Assembly (NCBI GenBank): GCA_043228905.1
Contig: JBHGNT010000007.1
Span: 14,322,001-14,386,000 of the forward strand
Direction of reading: 5' to 3'
DNA: 64,000 nucleotides
DNA from: Azolla caroliniana
Taxonomy: Eukaryota > Plantae > Polypodiophyta
Shown: in pieces, positions 1 through 13,200 of the stretch
How positions within the stretch are numbered: the first letter of the stretch is position 1
Layout: each line of letters starts with the position of its first letter
Position numbers and translations under genes: made by a program
The notes under the pieces: model-generated
What the model was told of the DNA's origin: nothing
What the model saw: only the letters and a program-made list of their open reading frames with translations
Database searches by the model: none

Positions 1-104
1 ATGCATTCCGCATTTCTGCGGTGGTTCTCCAGTTAAATACCCAAGGGGCTTACCCACTATTGCTTGGACGACCATGGTTGCGGACGACTCACATTAAGCA
101 AAAC

Positions 105-516
105 TGTTGAGAGACAAGCTCAACATTTGTGCGTAATACAATGCGTAACCAGTGCGTAGACTGGATGCATAAAACTGGTACCCAGACCGGTGCGTAGAAA
201 GGCCGTATCGGTGCATAGACCGGAAGGCCGTTAGAAAGATATTCCTTGTAAGGAATAGTTTTGGGAGTAAGTGTCGAGGCTCATTTATGAGCAGTCAAGT
301 ACTGTCAGTACTTGTGTTAGCCGTGTTCAGGGCTTGTATAAAAGTGCTCACTGAGCACATCCTATGTACAGATTGAGTATTATTTTCGAATTTAAGTTCT
401 AGTGTTACTCTCTCTCTGTCTCTCCCGTGCGTATAGTGAAAACCTAAGCTTTCCATTAAACCTGCGTTTTCTATTGTTCGGTTTTCCTATATTGCTTCTA
501 CACGCCATTCTTTTCA
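105..516 (+). repeat. 5' LTR of Copia A
   Basis: Direct repeat of 5286-5697 with roughly 15 substitutions counted by eye. Confidence 0.96.
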
Positions 517-528
517 TGGTATCAGAGC
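517..528 (+). promoter_or_regulatory. PBS (initiator tRNA-Met) of Copia A
   Basis: TGGTATCAGAGC directly after the LTR end. Confidence 0.95.
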
Positions 529-598
529 GAGAGGGTTGAGAACCTCTGCAACTGACTTTGCTTGAAGGAAAAACCAATGAAGAAGAACAAGAAAACCG

Positions 599-3500
599 AT
601 GGACAGAGGAATGGCTAGCTCGCTTCCAACGGAGAAGCTCGACAGAACCAACTACGCATCTTGGTCCTACAAGATGCACCAATACCTGCTCGGACACGGT
701 TACTAGAGCTATGTCGATGGAGCAAATGACACAGCACCCGATTCGACACACAAAGACTTCCCGGCGTGGGAACAATCGGCGAGCAGAGTGCTATACTGCT
801 TCGCGTCTTGTGTGGGTGAACAACTGCTAAGCTACGTTCGGGATGCAAAAACGCCGAAGGGTGCATGGGAAAATCTGAAGAAGATTTTCGCCGCGAGCAC
901 CACAACCAGGAAGCTTCAGCTTCGACATGAGTTGAGCAACCTATGACAACGCGATTTGTCGGTGGCTGACTATACCTCGAGGATTAAGGACATATGCGAC
1001 TCCTTAGCTTCCATCGATGTGAGCATCGAGGAAAGCGAGATGGTCCAGGTCTGTCTCGGGGGTTTGGCATCAAAGTTCGAGGTGTTCCAAACTGCAGTAA
1101 GTACCCGGGAGAATACGCCGTCCTTTTTCGACTTACAGTTGATGCTCCTGGTAGAGGAGAACCACGCGGGTGCGTCGACGAGCACGCACACCGACAACAA
1201 GATGTTGTACACGGAGGGAGAAAGGCCCCGTGGTTGTGGCGGATGAGGTGAGTCGGTACGCAATGGAGATGGCCGACGGGCTCAAGGAAGAAGGCACCGA
1301 AGTGATGCCGATAGCAATTCCGGACCCTCCGAAAACATGGGGAGTTGAGGCGACGAGAACCAGAAAGGGAAATCCGCCACGGAATGTTGGTACTGTGGCA
1401 AGAAAGGCCACAGGGAGAGCGAGTGCTGGAAGAAGCGCGCCGAGTTGGAGAGGTCTGGTTCCAGACATACCAACAAAGGAAATCGGCAGCAATCGCACTA
1501 CGCCGAAGGATCCAGAAAAGCCGAAAAAGGGCCAGTCTTCGTGACGAGACACGAAGCAAACTCAATGAAACAGTCCACCCCAAAATCAGACGAGGTGTGG
1601 TATGTCGACTCCGGCGTATCAAACCACATGACGTGCCACAAGGAGTGGTTCTCATACCTTGAGAAACTGACACAACCAGGAGTAGTCGCAACTGGAGACG
1701 ACACTCCGCATCCGATCGCGAATGTCAGTGAAGTTCCCTTGAGCCATGTCAGGCAGAAAGGGAAACTTATGAACGTGTTACACGTCCCGACCATCACGAA
1801 GAATCTGGTGTCGGTCGGGCAGATCGTCGACCAGGGGATGCAGGTTCGGTTTACGCATCTTGGGTGCTTCATTGAGGAAGAAGGCCGTATTATTGCGCAA
1901 GGGCGCAGAGATGGGAGGATGTTTATCCTCGACTCTACTGACGGTGGCACCGCAATGTTCGCGAAGGGACAAAAAGACGAGTCGGACATCGACTTATTGC
2001 CCAAATTTAGTGGCCGGAAGTCACAAATTTGTGAAGCCAGCCAACTTGGGAAGCAACACCGACTTCCTTTCCCAAATGAGCGTAACCGGAGCCGGAACAA
2101 GCTAGATTTGATACACTCTGATTTGCGGGGGCCATCACAAAACGTTAGTCTTGGCGGGAGCCGATATTTTGTCTCCTTCATCGATGACTACACGTGACAC
2201 ACATGGATCTACCTCATTGAGAGGAAAAGCGAAGTCTTCGACTGTTTCTGAGACCTCAAAGGGTTCATGGAAACGGAAACAGGAAGAAAGATCAAGTGCC
2301 TGCGGTCGGATGGCGGAAAAGAATACTTTTCTGGTAAATTCAACGGTTATCTACAACAGATGGGAATTCGGCGCGAATTCAGTTGTAGATACACGCCGGA
2401 GCAAAATGGCGTGACCGAGAGGAAAAATCAGTCGGTTGTGGAAGCTGCACGCACAATGCTGGAGGAGAAGAGCTTGCCTAAGTTCTATTGGGCCGAGGCG
2501 GTAATAACCGCGGTATACATCCAGAACTAGATCAGAGAAAAAGTGTCGGCGCACGAGCTATACTTTGGAACAAAGCCGAACTTGCGACACTTACGAGTTT
2601 TCGGTAGCATTGCATATGTACATGTGCCGAAGGAGAAAAGGAGGAAGTTGGATGCAAAAGCCGAGAAGTGTATCTTGGTCGGCTATTCGGACGAGCAGAA
2701 GGGTTATAAGTGCTATAAGCCGTGTACCAAACAACCGCGCGTGAGCTGCGACATTGTGTTTGATGAGTCCACGTCCTGGTACTTGCCTCCGACTCCAGAC
2801 CTCACCTCCAATCCGAGTTCTGACGATGAGGACAACGGGGTCGAGGTGCCTCCGGCTGAGCTTGAAATCGGGACCCCCGAAGAGAGTCCGATGTTGGTTC
2901 GGTTAAGTGGACCGAATGGACGATTGAGTTAGTACGACCAGTCCGATGAAGAGCCGACAAGTAGTGGAGACTTGGCCGTGCATTCCCCGTGTAGGAAGCT
3001 GAGGAGATGGCTTACGCGCGAAGAGAAAGGGAAGAAGAAGGTGTCGGATTCCGGCACGGATAGGAACAAGTCAGACCGACGCGAGTCTGACTCCGAGGGA
3101 AGCGGTGACGGGCCTTCAGGAACGAAGTCCGCGTCGGCCGAGAAGACCTCGACATCGGCTAATAACCGATTACGCCGATCTACCTGCCAAAAGAACCCGA
3201 TTGTGCGGTTCGGATACAACGAGTACATGGCGCATCACTATGTGTACATGACCCGTGTAGCGGAAGTGCGTGAGCTAGAGAGCTACGCAGAAGCGGTGAA
3301 GGACGCGAATTGGTGCGCCGCGATGGAGGAAGAGATGCACGCATTGGCGGAAAACAAGACCTAGGACTTGGTTGATGCACCGAAGGGTGTGAAGCCGATC
3401 GGATGTAGGTGGGTGTACAAGGTCAAGTACAACACTGACGGCTCGGTCAATCGATACAAGGCCTGGTTAGTGGCAAAAGGCTACGCGCAGAAACACGGCA

Positions 3501-5291
3501 TCGACTACGATGAGATGTTCGCGCCGGTCGCAAAGATGATGACCGTCCGTGTTTTGCTCATAGTAGCCGCGGCCAAGGGGTGGCACCTCCATCAGATGGA
3601 TGTAAAGAATGCATTCCTGCAAGGTGAGCTTGAGGAACAAATGTACATGGTACAGCCCCCTGGATTTCACTCCGGACCGAACACGTCGGCAATATGCTGA
3701 TTGAAGAAGTCCCTTTACGGACTGAAGCAAGCCCCGCGTGCCTGGAATGCGAAAATCACGCATCGGCTGCATCAGCTGGGCTTTGCAACGTCAAACTCAG
3801 ACTCCTCGTTGTTCATTCGGAAAGGTCGACTCGGGCCGGTCAATATTTTACTCTATGTTGATGACTTGGTCATCACCGGCGCCGACCTAGGTGAGATCAA
3901 CCGCGTGAAGCTCCAACTTGCGGCATCATTCGACATGAAGGATCTGGGGGACCTTCATTACTTCCTCGGGATCGAAGTGATCGGTACCCCCGAAGGCATA
4001 CTAATCAACCAACGTCATTACGTGCTGAATATGCTCTTCAAATTCGGGATGGCAGACTGTAAGTCCGTCTCGACTCCTCTAGATAGAACTGTCAAGCTTC
4101 GCCCCAATTCCCGCAAGGTTCCGACAAGTTGTCGGAAGCCTTATCTACTTGACAATCACCCGACCCGATCTCAGTTATCCGGTCGGGGTGATCAGTCAGT
4201 TCATGGCGCAACCTACCGAGGAGCATCTTCAGTGTGCGCAACGCGTACTGCGGTACGTAAGCGGCACTAAGGACCGCGGACTGCTATATCGGACCGATAC
4301 AGCCCCGCAGTTGGTCGGCTACACCGATGCCGACTGGGCCGGCAATGTCGCCGATCGCCGATCCACGTCCGGGTATGCGTTCTCTCTTGGGAGTGCCGCG
4401 ATAGCGTGGAGTAGCAAGAAGTAACCGACAGTTGCACTGTCGAGCACCGAAGCCGAGTATAGAGGGGCGGCTGTCGCAACATGCGAAGCCATATGGTTGA
4501 AGCGGCTACTTAAGGATCTGCAGGTGGAGGTGTCCGATCCAACGACGATCTACTGCGACAACCTCAGCAGCATCCAACTCACGAAGAACCCCGTCTTCCA
4601 CGCACGGACCAAGCACATTGAGGTGCACTACCATTTTGTCCGTGAGCGTGTCCTTTCTGGTGAAGTCGAACTTCAATATGTTCCGACGGATCGGCAGATC
4701 GCCGACATCTTCACCAAGTTTCTTGGTCTGGACAAGTTGCGGCAATTTTCGGGTGTGCTTGGGTTGCGTCACTTCGACGTGCCGAACTTGAGGGGGAGAA
4801 ACGTCCTAGATGACCACGAAAGGGAGCAAGAAAGGAGCGGAAAAGACCTCGGATCGGCTGAAGAAGCCGAGAGCGGATCCGCGGAAGAGTCCGAAAGCGG
4901 ACACAAGGGAAGTAGCCGAAAGAAAGAGCCAAAGCCAACTAGGCATGGGGGAGATGATGCAGTCAAGGGAGAGAAGACCGTAGACGAATTGGAGACAGCC
5001 AACTCGGATGAGAGTGAAAACCGATCGGACGTAGCCGAATCGGTTCGGATGTTTGATTCAGATACACTGAATCAATTGAGGGCCAAGCGGAAAAGAAGGC
5101 AGCAGGAGAAGCGCCAACACCGCAAGGGACCTGTGAAGGGCCGTGGGAGCAGACAAGCCGACCAGAAGGGTCGAAGCGCGCGGAGTCGAACAGGCCGAGG
5201 AGCGCGAGCGAGGCATGGAGCTAGTAGAAGCCGGAGTGTAGGTCCCGCAGAACAAGCGGAACCTCAAGTTGAGCTTGAGGAGGAGTGTTGA
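599..5291 (+). pseudogene. Copia A gag-pol polyprotein, interrupted by stops and frameshifts
   Basis: CCHC knuckle (CWYCGKKGH), protease WYVDSG, integrase (FIDD, LRSDGGKEY, PEQNG), RT ([23 protein letters not shown]), RNase H (YTDADWA, RTKHIEVHYHF). Confidence 0.93.
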
Positions 5292-5697
5292 GAGACAAGC
5301 TCAACATTTGTGCGTAATACGATGCGTAACCAGTGCGTAGACTGGGTGCATAAAACCGGTACGTAGACCGGTGCGTAGAAAGGCCGTATCGGTGCGTAGA
5401 TCGGAAGGCCGTTAGAAAGATATTCCTTGTAAGGAATAGTTTTGGGAGTAAGTGTCGAGGCTTATTTATGAGCAGTCAAGTACTGTCAGTACTTGTGTCA
5501 CCCGTTGTCAGGGTTTGTATAAAAGTGCTCACTGAGCACATCCTATGTACAGATTGAGTATTATTTTCGAATTTAAGTTCTAGTGTTACTCTCTCTCTGT
5601 CTCTCCCGTGCGTATAGTGAAAACCTAAGCTTTCCATTAAACCTGCGTTTTCTGTTGTTCGGTTTTCCTATATTGCTTCCGCACGCCATTCTTTTCA
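5286..5697 (+). repeat. 3' LTR of Copia A
   Basis: Repeat of 105-516, preceded by the PPT TTGAGGAGGAG. Confidence 0.96.
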
Positions 5698-8600
5698 AAA
5701 ACTAGCGAAAGAACGTGATTACGTTTGAATGAGGCAAAACCAAAGTATGGGTACCGACACATCCAGAAACCGGAACCGGCAAAGAGCTAACACCATTATA
5801 CATTGAAAGCGTTAATATGCTAGAAGGGGTCGCCGATGAGGAAGTCGACCAATATCTGGAGGATAATCCAAATATTGTACCCTTGTTCGAAATAGATGTG
5901 GCCGAAGCAGCCTCTCCGTATATTGCACAACCGGAAGATGTCGGAGAGGAACTGGATAGAGATGCCATAAGAGAACTACGTGAAGCACAGGAGGCCCTAG
6001 AATGGGAAATGGCGGTATCTCAAAGGGTGAAGGCGTCCCAACTAGAAGAAGTAAACTTGGGAACTGGAGAGGAAGCACGACCAATACATATTGCCAAAGA
6101 AATGTCATTGGAAAACAAAACGACAATGATTACATTATTGAAAGAATTCCTGGACGTATTTACCTGGTCCTATGAGGATATACGAGGGTTGGATTCGCAA
6201 CTATATCAACATCAGATCATCTAAGCAAAGACGTCAAACCGGTAGCACAAAGGCGCTACCGAATGAACCCTAATTATGCGGTAAGGGTAAAAGAAGAGAT
6301 CGACAAGTTACTCCGAGTTGGTTTTATCCGGCCGGTAAAGAAAGCCACATGGTTGAGTTTGATAGTCGTCGTGCCAAAGAAGAACGAGAAGATCCGGGTG
6401 TGCGTTGATTACCGGAAATTGAATGCTGCGACGGTGACCGATGCCTTTCCACTTCCATTCACGGATGGAGTTCTGGACGCGGTAGCCGGTCATGAGGTAT
6501 ATAGCTTCCTAGACAGATTCAACGGTTACAATCAAATACAGATGCACCCCGATGACCAAGAAAAGATGGCGTTCGTTACCGAGTGGGGAGTTTTTGTTGC
6601 CGTAATGATGATGTTTGGACTCAAGATGACGCCGACTAGCTTTCAGCGGATAATCATGGAAATATTTGGAGAGTTCATCCCGATATTTATGCAGGTGTTC
6701 CTAGACGACTTCGCGGTGTATAGCCAACAAGGGGAACACTTGGACAATCTCCGGTTATGCCTAGAGAAATGCGGGGGTACCGGCTAAGCTTGAACCCAAC
6801 AAAGTGTGTGTTCGGGGTGACTAGTGGTACACTACTTGGCCATATTGTCAGCAAGGACGGGATAGCAGTAGACCCTCACAAAGTCAAGGCAATTCTGGAG
6901 GCACTGGCACCAACGACGGCCAAAGCATTAAACAGATTCTTAGGACAAATCTGGTGGCATAGCCGGATGCTCTGGTATTTGGCAGATCTTGCAACACCGC
7001 TACATACTGCGGTTCACCGGACACCGTTTCAATGGACGCCTATAGAGGATGACGCTTACTGCACGCTAAAAGTACTACTATCGCAAGCACCGGTAGTACA
7101 ACCCTCGGACTGGTCCAAAGAGTTTCATCTGTTTGTCGATGGGTCAGACATAACAATCGGCAACGCACTTATGCAGCTGACCGAACCCAAGTGGTACCGG
7201 CCGGTATACTATGCGAGCCAGAAACTGTCACAAGAGGAACGAAATTACTCCACAATGGAAAGAGAGGCCTTGGGGATGATTTATAGTGTCACAAAGTTCC
7301 GACCCTATTTGTTGGGCCGTGAATTTTCATTTCACGTAGACCATTCCGCACTTTTATACTTGGTCTCTAAGGCATCCCTCATAGGTAAGTTGGCCCGGTG
7401 GACATTGCTACTACAGGAATTCGAGTTCGAAATTTATCACCGATTGAGTATACAGCACGCAGTTGCCGACTATTTGAGCCGGTTAGAAACTGGCGAGACC
7501 GGTGACGGCGTGCTAGATGAGTTTCTGTATGCCGAACTGTTTAAAATTACAGCAGAAACCACGACAGATAGTATAGTTCCGGATGAGGACAAATGGCCAA
7601 CGAACATGCATCAGTTCTTAAGCAAGGGATTACCTCCAAAAGTGATGAACAAAGACGAGCGGAAACGATTGGCGGTCCAAAGCTAGCATTTTTTTTTATT
7701 ACAGGACACCCTATACCACATGGGAGCTGATGGAATATGGCGGAGAGCGGTGCGGAGTGATGAAAAGGACACCATATTACAAGAAGCACATTGCAGAGTC
7801 GTCGGAGGACACTATGCCGGTGAAGCTACAACAAGAAAGATATGGAGCAGTGGGCTATGGTGGCCAATGACATTGAAAGATTCGGTCCGATATATGAAGG
7901 AATGTGATTTGTGTCAACGAATGGGCCAACCGACAGAACAGGCGCGGATGCCTCACCAGCCGGTACTACCCTTGGAACCACTTCAAAAAGGGGGGCTAGA
8001 CTTCGTCAGACCATTCAAGCCGCCAACCATGTGAACCGGCAACAGATACGTCATTGTCACTACGGATTATTGCACCAAGTGGGTAGAGGCCAAGGCTTTG
8101 GGAGACAATACCGTGACATCAACGACGAAGTTCCTTTGCGAGTACATCTGGTGTCGTTATGGATGTCCAATCGAATTAATTAGAGATTAGGGTGGACACT
8201 TCCTCGGTGAAGTGGTGGAGAGCCTAACAACGTTCTACGTGGTAGTACACAAGCGCAACACTCCATACTACCCGCATGCCAATGGACTAGCCGAGTCCAC
8301 CAACAAGACACTATAGAACATCCTCCAGAAGATCGTCAATGAGAACCAGACCGATTGGGACACGAAGTTGCACAGTGCATTATGGCCTTACCGGAAGATG
8401 TATAAAACGAGCATCAGGACGACACCATTCCGGTTAGTGTTTGGTCTAGAAGCGGTGATGCCGATTGAATTTCAAGTACTGAGTTTACGGATACGGGTCC
8501 GGGAGTGACTGAGTGAAAAGGAATAAGAGAAAATCCGATTGGCGGCACTATGTGACCTAGAAGAGCATCAGATAGCGAGTATCATGCAGTTGAAACTGGA

Positions 8601-9023
8601 GCAACGACGAAGGAAGGCATTCGTCGACCGGCACCGGAAGGGCAATGAGAAGTTGTTCGGAATCGGCAAGCCGATGGGCGTGTTTCAGACCCGGATAGGT
8701 AAGATGCTGGGCAAGCTACGGTTCTCGTGGACCGGACCATACTGGATCACGCGAGAATTCAATGGTTCTTACTAGTTAGGCACGCTTGCCGGAGAAGTAC
8801 TGGACAAATGGGTAAATGGGTTCCGGCCTAAACCCTATTACGGGCCCATGCCGCCAAACCCGTTCCATCAGGTGCAGACCGACGCGGTGTCGAGGTAGTT
8901 GTGGTTCGTGCGGCGAAGTCGCGGGGACTAAGGTTAAGGGGAGTTGAAGAAACTTAACTTTTAATAAGGCTTGTATGGTGATGATAGAATGGTTAAGGGT
9001 AGTAACACGAAGAGTTACAAGTA

Positions 9024-9024
9024 A

Positions 9025-9082
<58 letters not shown>
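9024..9082 (+). repeat. Compound (TG)n(AG)n microsatellite
   Basis: Seen directly. Confidence 0.95.
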
Positions 9083-9084
<2 letters not shown>

Positions 9085-9252
9085 GAGCATAGATAAAAGA
9101 TAGAGACAATGTATGATTCAAGAAAGAAGATTTAGACAAAATATGATTCTAGAAACAAGAGTATATGATATAAACATGATGTATATTAAAAATATAATAT
9201 TTTACCAACCTTACAATCCTTGATCGCAAACTGAACACATTCTCTATCGACC

Positions 9253-9312
9253 CTTGATTTGAACCCACGACATCAACTTCGAAACGAGAGGTTCTCCACC
9301 CAATGAGCTAGT
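9253..9312 (-). other. tRNA-like segment (A box and B box) inside the L solo LTR
   Basis: Minus strand reads TAGCTCATTGGGTGGAGAA...GTCGTGGGTTCAAATC. No acceptor stem found. Confidence 0.6.
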
Positions 9313-9604
9313 CTTCTTTACTTGATTATATTATTTTCTCACTCTCTCTTGATTGATTACCCTATTTTCCCCTTGATCCATCCCTTAATTCCTTGCCTCT
9401 CTTTATAGGTTCTCTCATGCATATGATGATATGGGGGTGCATTGCATGCATGTGATGGATGATTGCCATTTGGCGCACATGCTTTACATGTGATGCATGA
9501 TAGCCATCATGCTCATCTAAGCTCTAACGTATGAAGATACACATGCCATAAGTATTGTGATAAAAATATAACTATAGAAAATAACTTATCCTAATGGTAT
9601 ATGC

Positions 9605-10248
9605 TGTCGAAATTCCGTGCTCGGCCACAACCGAGGAACAGGATCGATTCACAGAAAACGGGAAATACACCAATGCACAAAAAAAACAATAGAGAGAAAG
9701 GGCACACTGGATTTTTACGTGGAAAACCCTAAATGGGAAAAACCACGGGAGTGCAAGACTCCAACTATCACTATACGCGGGAATGTACAATGGCTAGCTG
9801 CAAGGCGACGACCTTGAGCTCGCTGTCCTCGCCACAGGCGGCGGTATTACACAGAGGCGTCGACCTCTTCCTTCCTCCTTCTCTCTCACTCTCTCTCGGC
9901 TGCTCTCACTTCGCTCCCTCTTAGTGGAAAACAGAAAAAAATGAGCAACAACAAAACTGTTTGCCCTAAGTCATATTTATACACATATGACTTTCGGGCT
10001 ATTTACAAATATAGCCTCTAGGGCTCTTGGCAAACATATTCACAAATATGTCTCCGCATCCGAATCTCTCTCCGGGTACATTCGTCATCCGGCTCCGTAA
10101 CCGGGATCTTCATCATCCGGCTCCGTAGCCGGGGTCTTCATCATCCGGCTCCGTAGCCGGGGTCTTCATCATCCGGCTCCGTAACCGCAACCGGGCTTGC
10201 CGTCATTCATCTCCGGACATCCCATCCGGAGGGACCGAAATCCCAACA
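9605..10248 (-). repeat. 3' LTR of Copia B, with 4 copies of a 28-bp U3 repeat
   Basis: Matches 14364-14979 except for one substitution noticed and one extra CTTCATCATCCGGCTCCGTAGCCGGGGT unit. Confidence 0.97.
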
Positions 10249-10258
10249 AACTCCCCCT

Positions 10259-13200
10259 TCACTTCGGCATGGGATGTCTCTCCAACCCGATCCTCTTCCG
10301 GCATGCTCCCAGCTTGTCGGGTGTGAGCACCTTGGTCAGCATATCCGACCCGTTCTCGTCCGTGTGGATCTTCGTCAGCACGAACTCCTTATCTTCTATT
10401 CTTTCCCGGATCCAGTGGTATCTACGCTGGATGTGTTTCGTCCGGGAATGGTAGGCCGCGTTCTTCGCAAGGTGGATGGCACTCAGACTATCGCAGTAGA
10501 GTCGGTACTCCTCCTGCCGGATACCGAGCTCTCTAATGAAGTCCTTCATCCATATTATTTCCTTGCCGGCTTCAACAGCCGCCATGTACTCCGCCTCCGT
10601 GGTTGACAACGCAACCGTCTTCTGCAGCCTCGACTGCCACGAAACAGCTCCCCCTGCATACGTCATCACATACCCTGATGTGGACCGGCTGGTATCTGCA
10701 TCAGCCGACATATCCGAATCGGTAAAGCCGTCGAGTTCGGGCTTACCGGAGCCAAATCGGAGGCACACGTTTGCCGTGCCCTTCAGGTATCGGAGTATCC
10801 ACTTGACCGCGTTCCAGTGCTTTTTGCCGGGATTGCTCATGTACCGGCTCACCACTCCGACTGCGTATCCAATGTCCGGTCTTGTACACACCATTGCGTA
10901 CATCAAGCTTCCGACGGCAGAGGCATATGGCACTTTCATCATGTCCTCCTTCTCAGCCTTTGTCTTGGGGCTTTGCTTGCTGGACAACTGGCAGTTTGCC
11001 GGGAGGGTTGACCCGACCGGTCTTGCTTCCGACATGTTGAACCGGTGAAGCACCTTTGTCACGTACTTCTCCTGTGACAGCCACAACTGCTTCTTCTTCC
11101 GGTCCCGGATGATGTGCATCCCTAGTATTTGCCTCGCCGGACCCAGGTCCTTCATTGAGAAGGTTCGGTGAAGCGCTTTCTTCAGCGCCCGTATCTTGAC
11201 CTGGTCCCGTCCAACGATCAACATGTCGTCCACGTACAGAAGGAGTATTAGATAGTCTCCTCCTTCGAACTTCTTCACAAACACGCAGTGATCAAACTGC
11301 GTTTTGTGGTACCCTTCGTCGGTCATGAAGGAGTCGAACTTCCGGTACCATTGCCGGGGAGCCTGCTTCAGTCCGTAAAGGCTCTTCTTCAACCGGCATA
11401 CCAGGTGCTCCTTCCCTTTCTTCTCGAATCCTTCCGGTTGCTGCATGTAGATCTCTTCTTCGAGGTCACCGTGAAGGAATGCCGTCTTCACGTCCATCTG
11501 TTCTACCTCGAGGTCCATGCTTGCCGCTATGCTCAGCACCGTCCGGATGGAGGTCATCTTCACTACCGGGGCAAATATCTCGTCGAAGTCGACGCCCTTT
11601 TTCTGCTGAAACCCCTTCACCACGATCCTGGCTTTGTATCTCGGGGGGTTTTCGGCATCTCCCGGTTTCAGCTTGAACACCCACTTGTTTCGAAGTGCCC
11701 GCTTTCCTTTCGGCAACTCCACAAGTTCATATGTGTGGTTCTCATGCAGGGAATCCATCTCGTCCTGCATGGCACTCAACCACCTGCGGCTTTGGGTGTC
11801 ATGCTTTGCTTCTTCAAAGCTCTCCGGCTCCCCTTCGTCGGTTAGCAGCACGTGCTCTGGTTCCGGAAATCTCCGGGGGGCCCTTCTCTCTCTTAGAGGA
11901 TATCTCCGTTCCGGAGCTTCGGTAACCGGTTCTTCCGATTCTTCTTCATCCGAATCCATTTCGGGATCGGGGCCGGTTCCGGTATCATTTTCATCTTCTT
12001 CGGCCGGTTCTGTTTCTTCATAGTCTTCGGCCGGATCCTCGAGTGTTAACCGGTCCCTTGCCGGTCGGGACTGCTCCTCGTAGAGTTGATCCTCACCGGT
12101 CGACTTGGAGCTCTTCATCTTCTTCTCCGACTCCCAGTCGGCGAGTGTCTTGTCCTCCATGAAGATGATGTCTCGACTCCTGAATATCTTCTTGTCGACC
12201 GGGTCCCATACTCGGTAGCCGAACTCGTCGTCGCCGTAACCGAGGAATATGCATGGCCGGGTCTTTGGATCTGGCTTTCCTCTCCGGTCCTTTGCCACAT
12301 GCACGTATGCGAGACACCCGAACACCTTCAGATGCCGGTAGGACACTTCCTTACCGGTCCACACTTTCTGCGGTGTGTCTCCGTCCAAAGGTACTGAGGG
12401 TGATCTGTTTATCACGTATGTCGCCGTCGACATTGCCTCAGCCCAAAACCCCTTGGGTAATTTCGCATGTGCCAGCATACTCCGGACCCTCTCCATTATG
12501 GTCCGGTTCATCCTCTCGGCCAGCCCGTTTAGTTCCGGCGTCTTCGGCACAGTAAACTCGAGCCGGATTCCCTTCGAGCGACAGTACTCCGCGAACTGCC
12601 CCCGGTATTCCCCTCCGTTATCCGCTCGTATCGCTTTCAGCTCCCTGCCGGATTCCCTTTCCACTCTCGCGTGAAGTTCTTTGAAGACGCACAACACTTG
12701 GTCCTTTGTCTTCAACGGTGCCGTCCACAGCTTCCGGCTGTGGTCATCAATGAAAGTCACGAAGTACTGGGCTCCGCCATGTGACTTCGTTTCTACCTGA
12801 CACACATCAGTGTGCACCAACTCCAATGGTGCGCTACGTCTCGTCGGTGGCCTTGAGTGGAAGGAGGTTTGGTTCTGTTTACCGGCCAGGCAATCGGTGC
12901 ACTTCTCCAGGTGCACATGCTTCACTGGAATAAGGTTGTCTTCTGCAAGCCTCTTCATCCCCTTCTCACTCATGTGGCACAGTCTTTTGTGCCACAGCTC
13001 ACCGGCAGTGTCGGCTGCCACATTCAGCTCTTCCGGACACAACCAGGCATTCATAAGGTACAGAGTGTTGACTTTCCGGGCCCGAGCCACTATCAGGCTT
13101 CCCTTGCTGAACTTCATTACACCGTTCCGGATGCTACCCGTGTAGCCTTCATCATCTAGCCTCCCGGCCGAGATCAGGTTCAATCGAACCTCCGGAACGT

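Larger units (their letters stand above)
105..5697 (+). mobile_element. Ty1/Copia LTR retrotransposon A, full length, decayed
   Basis: 412-bp LTRs at 105-516 and 5286-5697 (TG...CA), 5-bp TSD AAAAC (100-104 and 5698-5702), PBS TGGTATCAGAGC, purine tract before the 3' LTR, gag-PR-INT-RT-RH domain order. Confidence 0.97.
1..8887 (+). mobile_element. Decayed Ty3/Gypsy element H1 (protease-RT-RNaseH-integrase), host of Copia A; the pol tail resumes at 15086-~15160
   Basis: 1-104 joined to 5703 onward reads QGAYPLLLGRPWLRTTHIKQN*RKNVITF, nearly identical to the protease ORF at 51171-51884. RT (RVCVDYRKLN, FLDDF) at 6263-6787, RNase H at 6757-7686, integrase HHCC and core at 7720-8870. Many stops and frameshifts. 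Confidence 0.92.
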
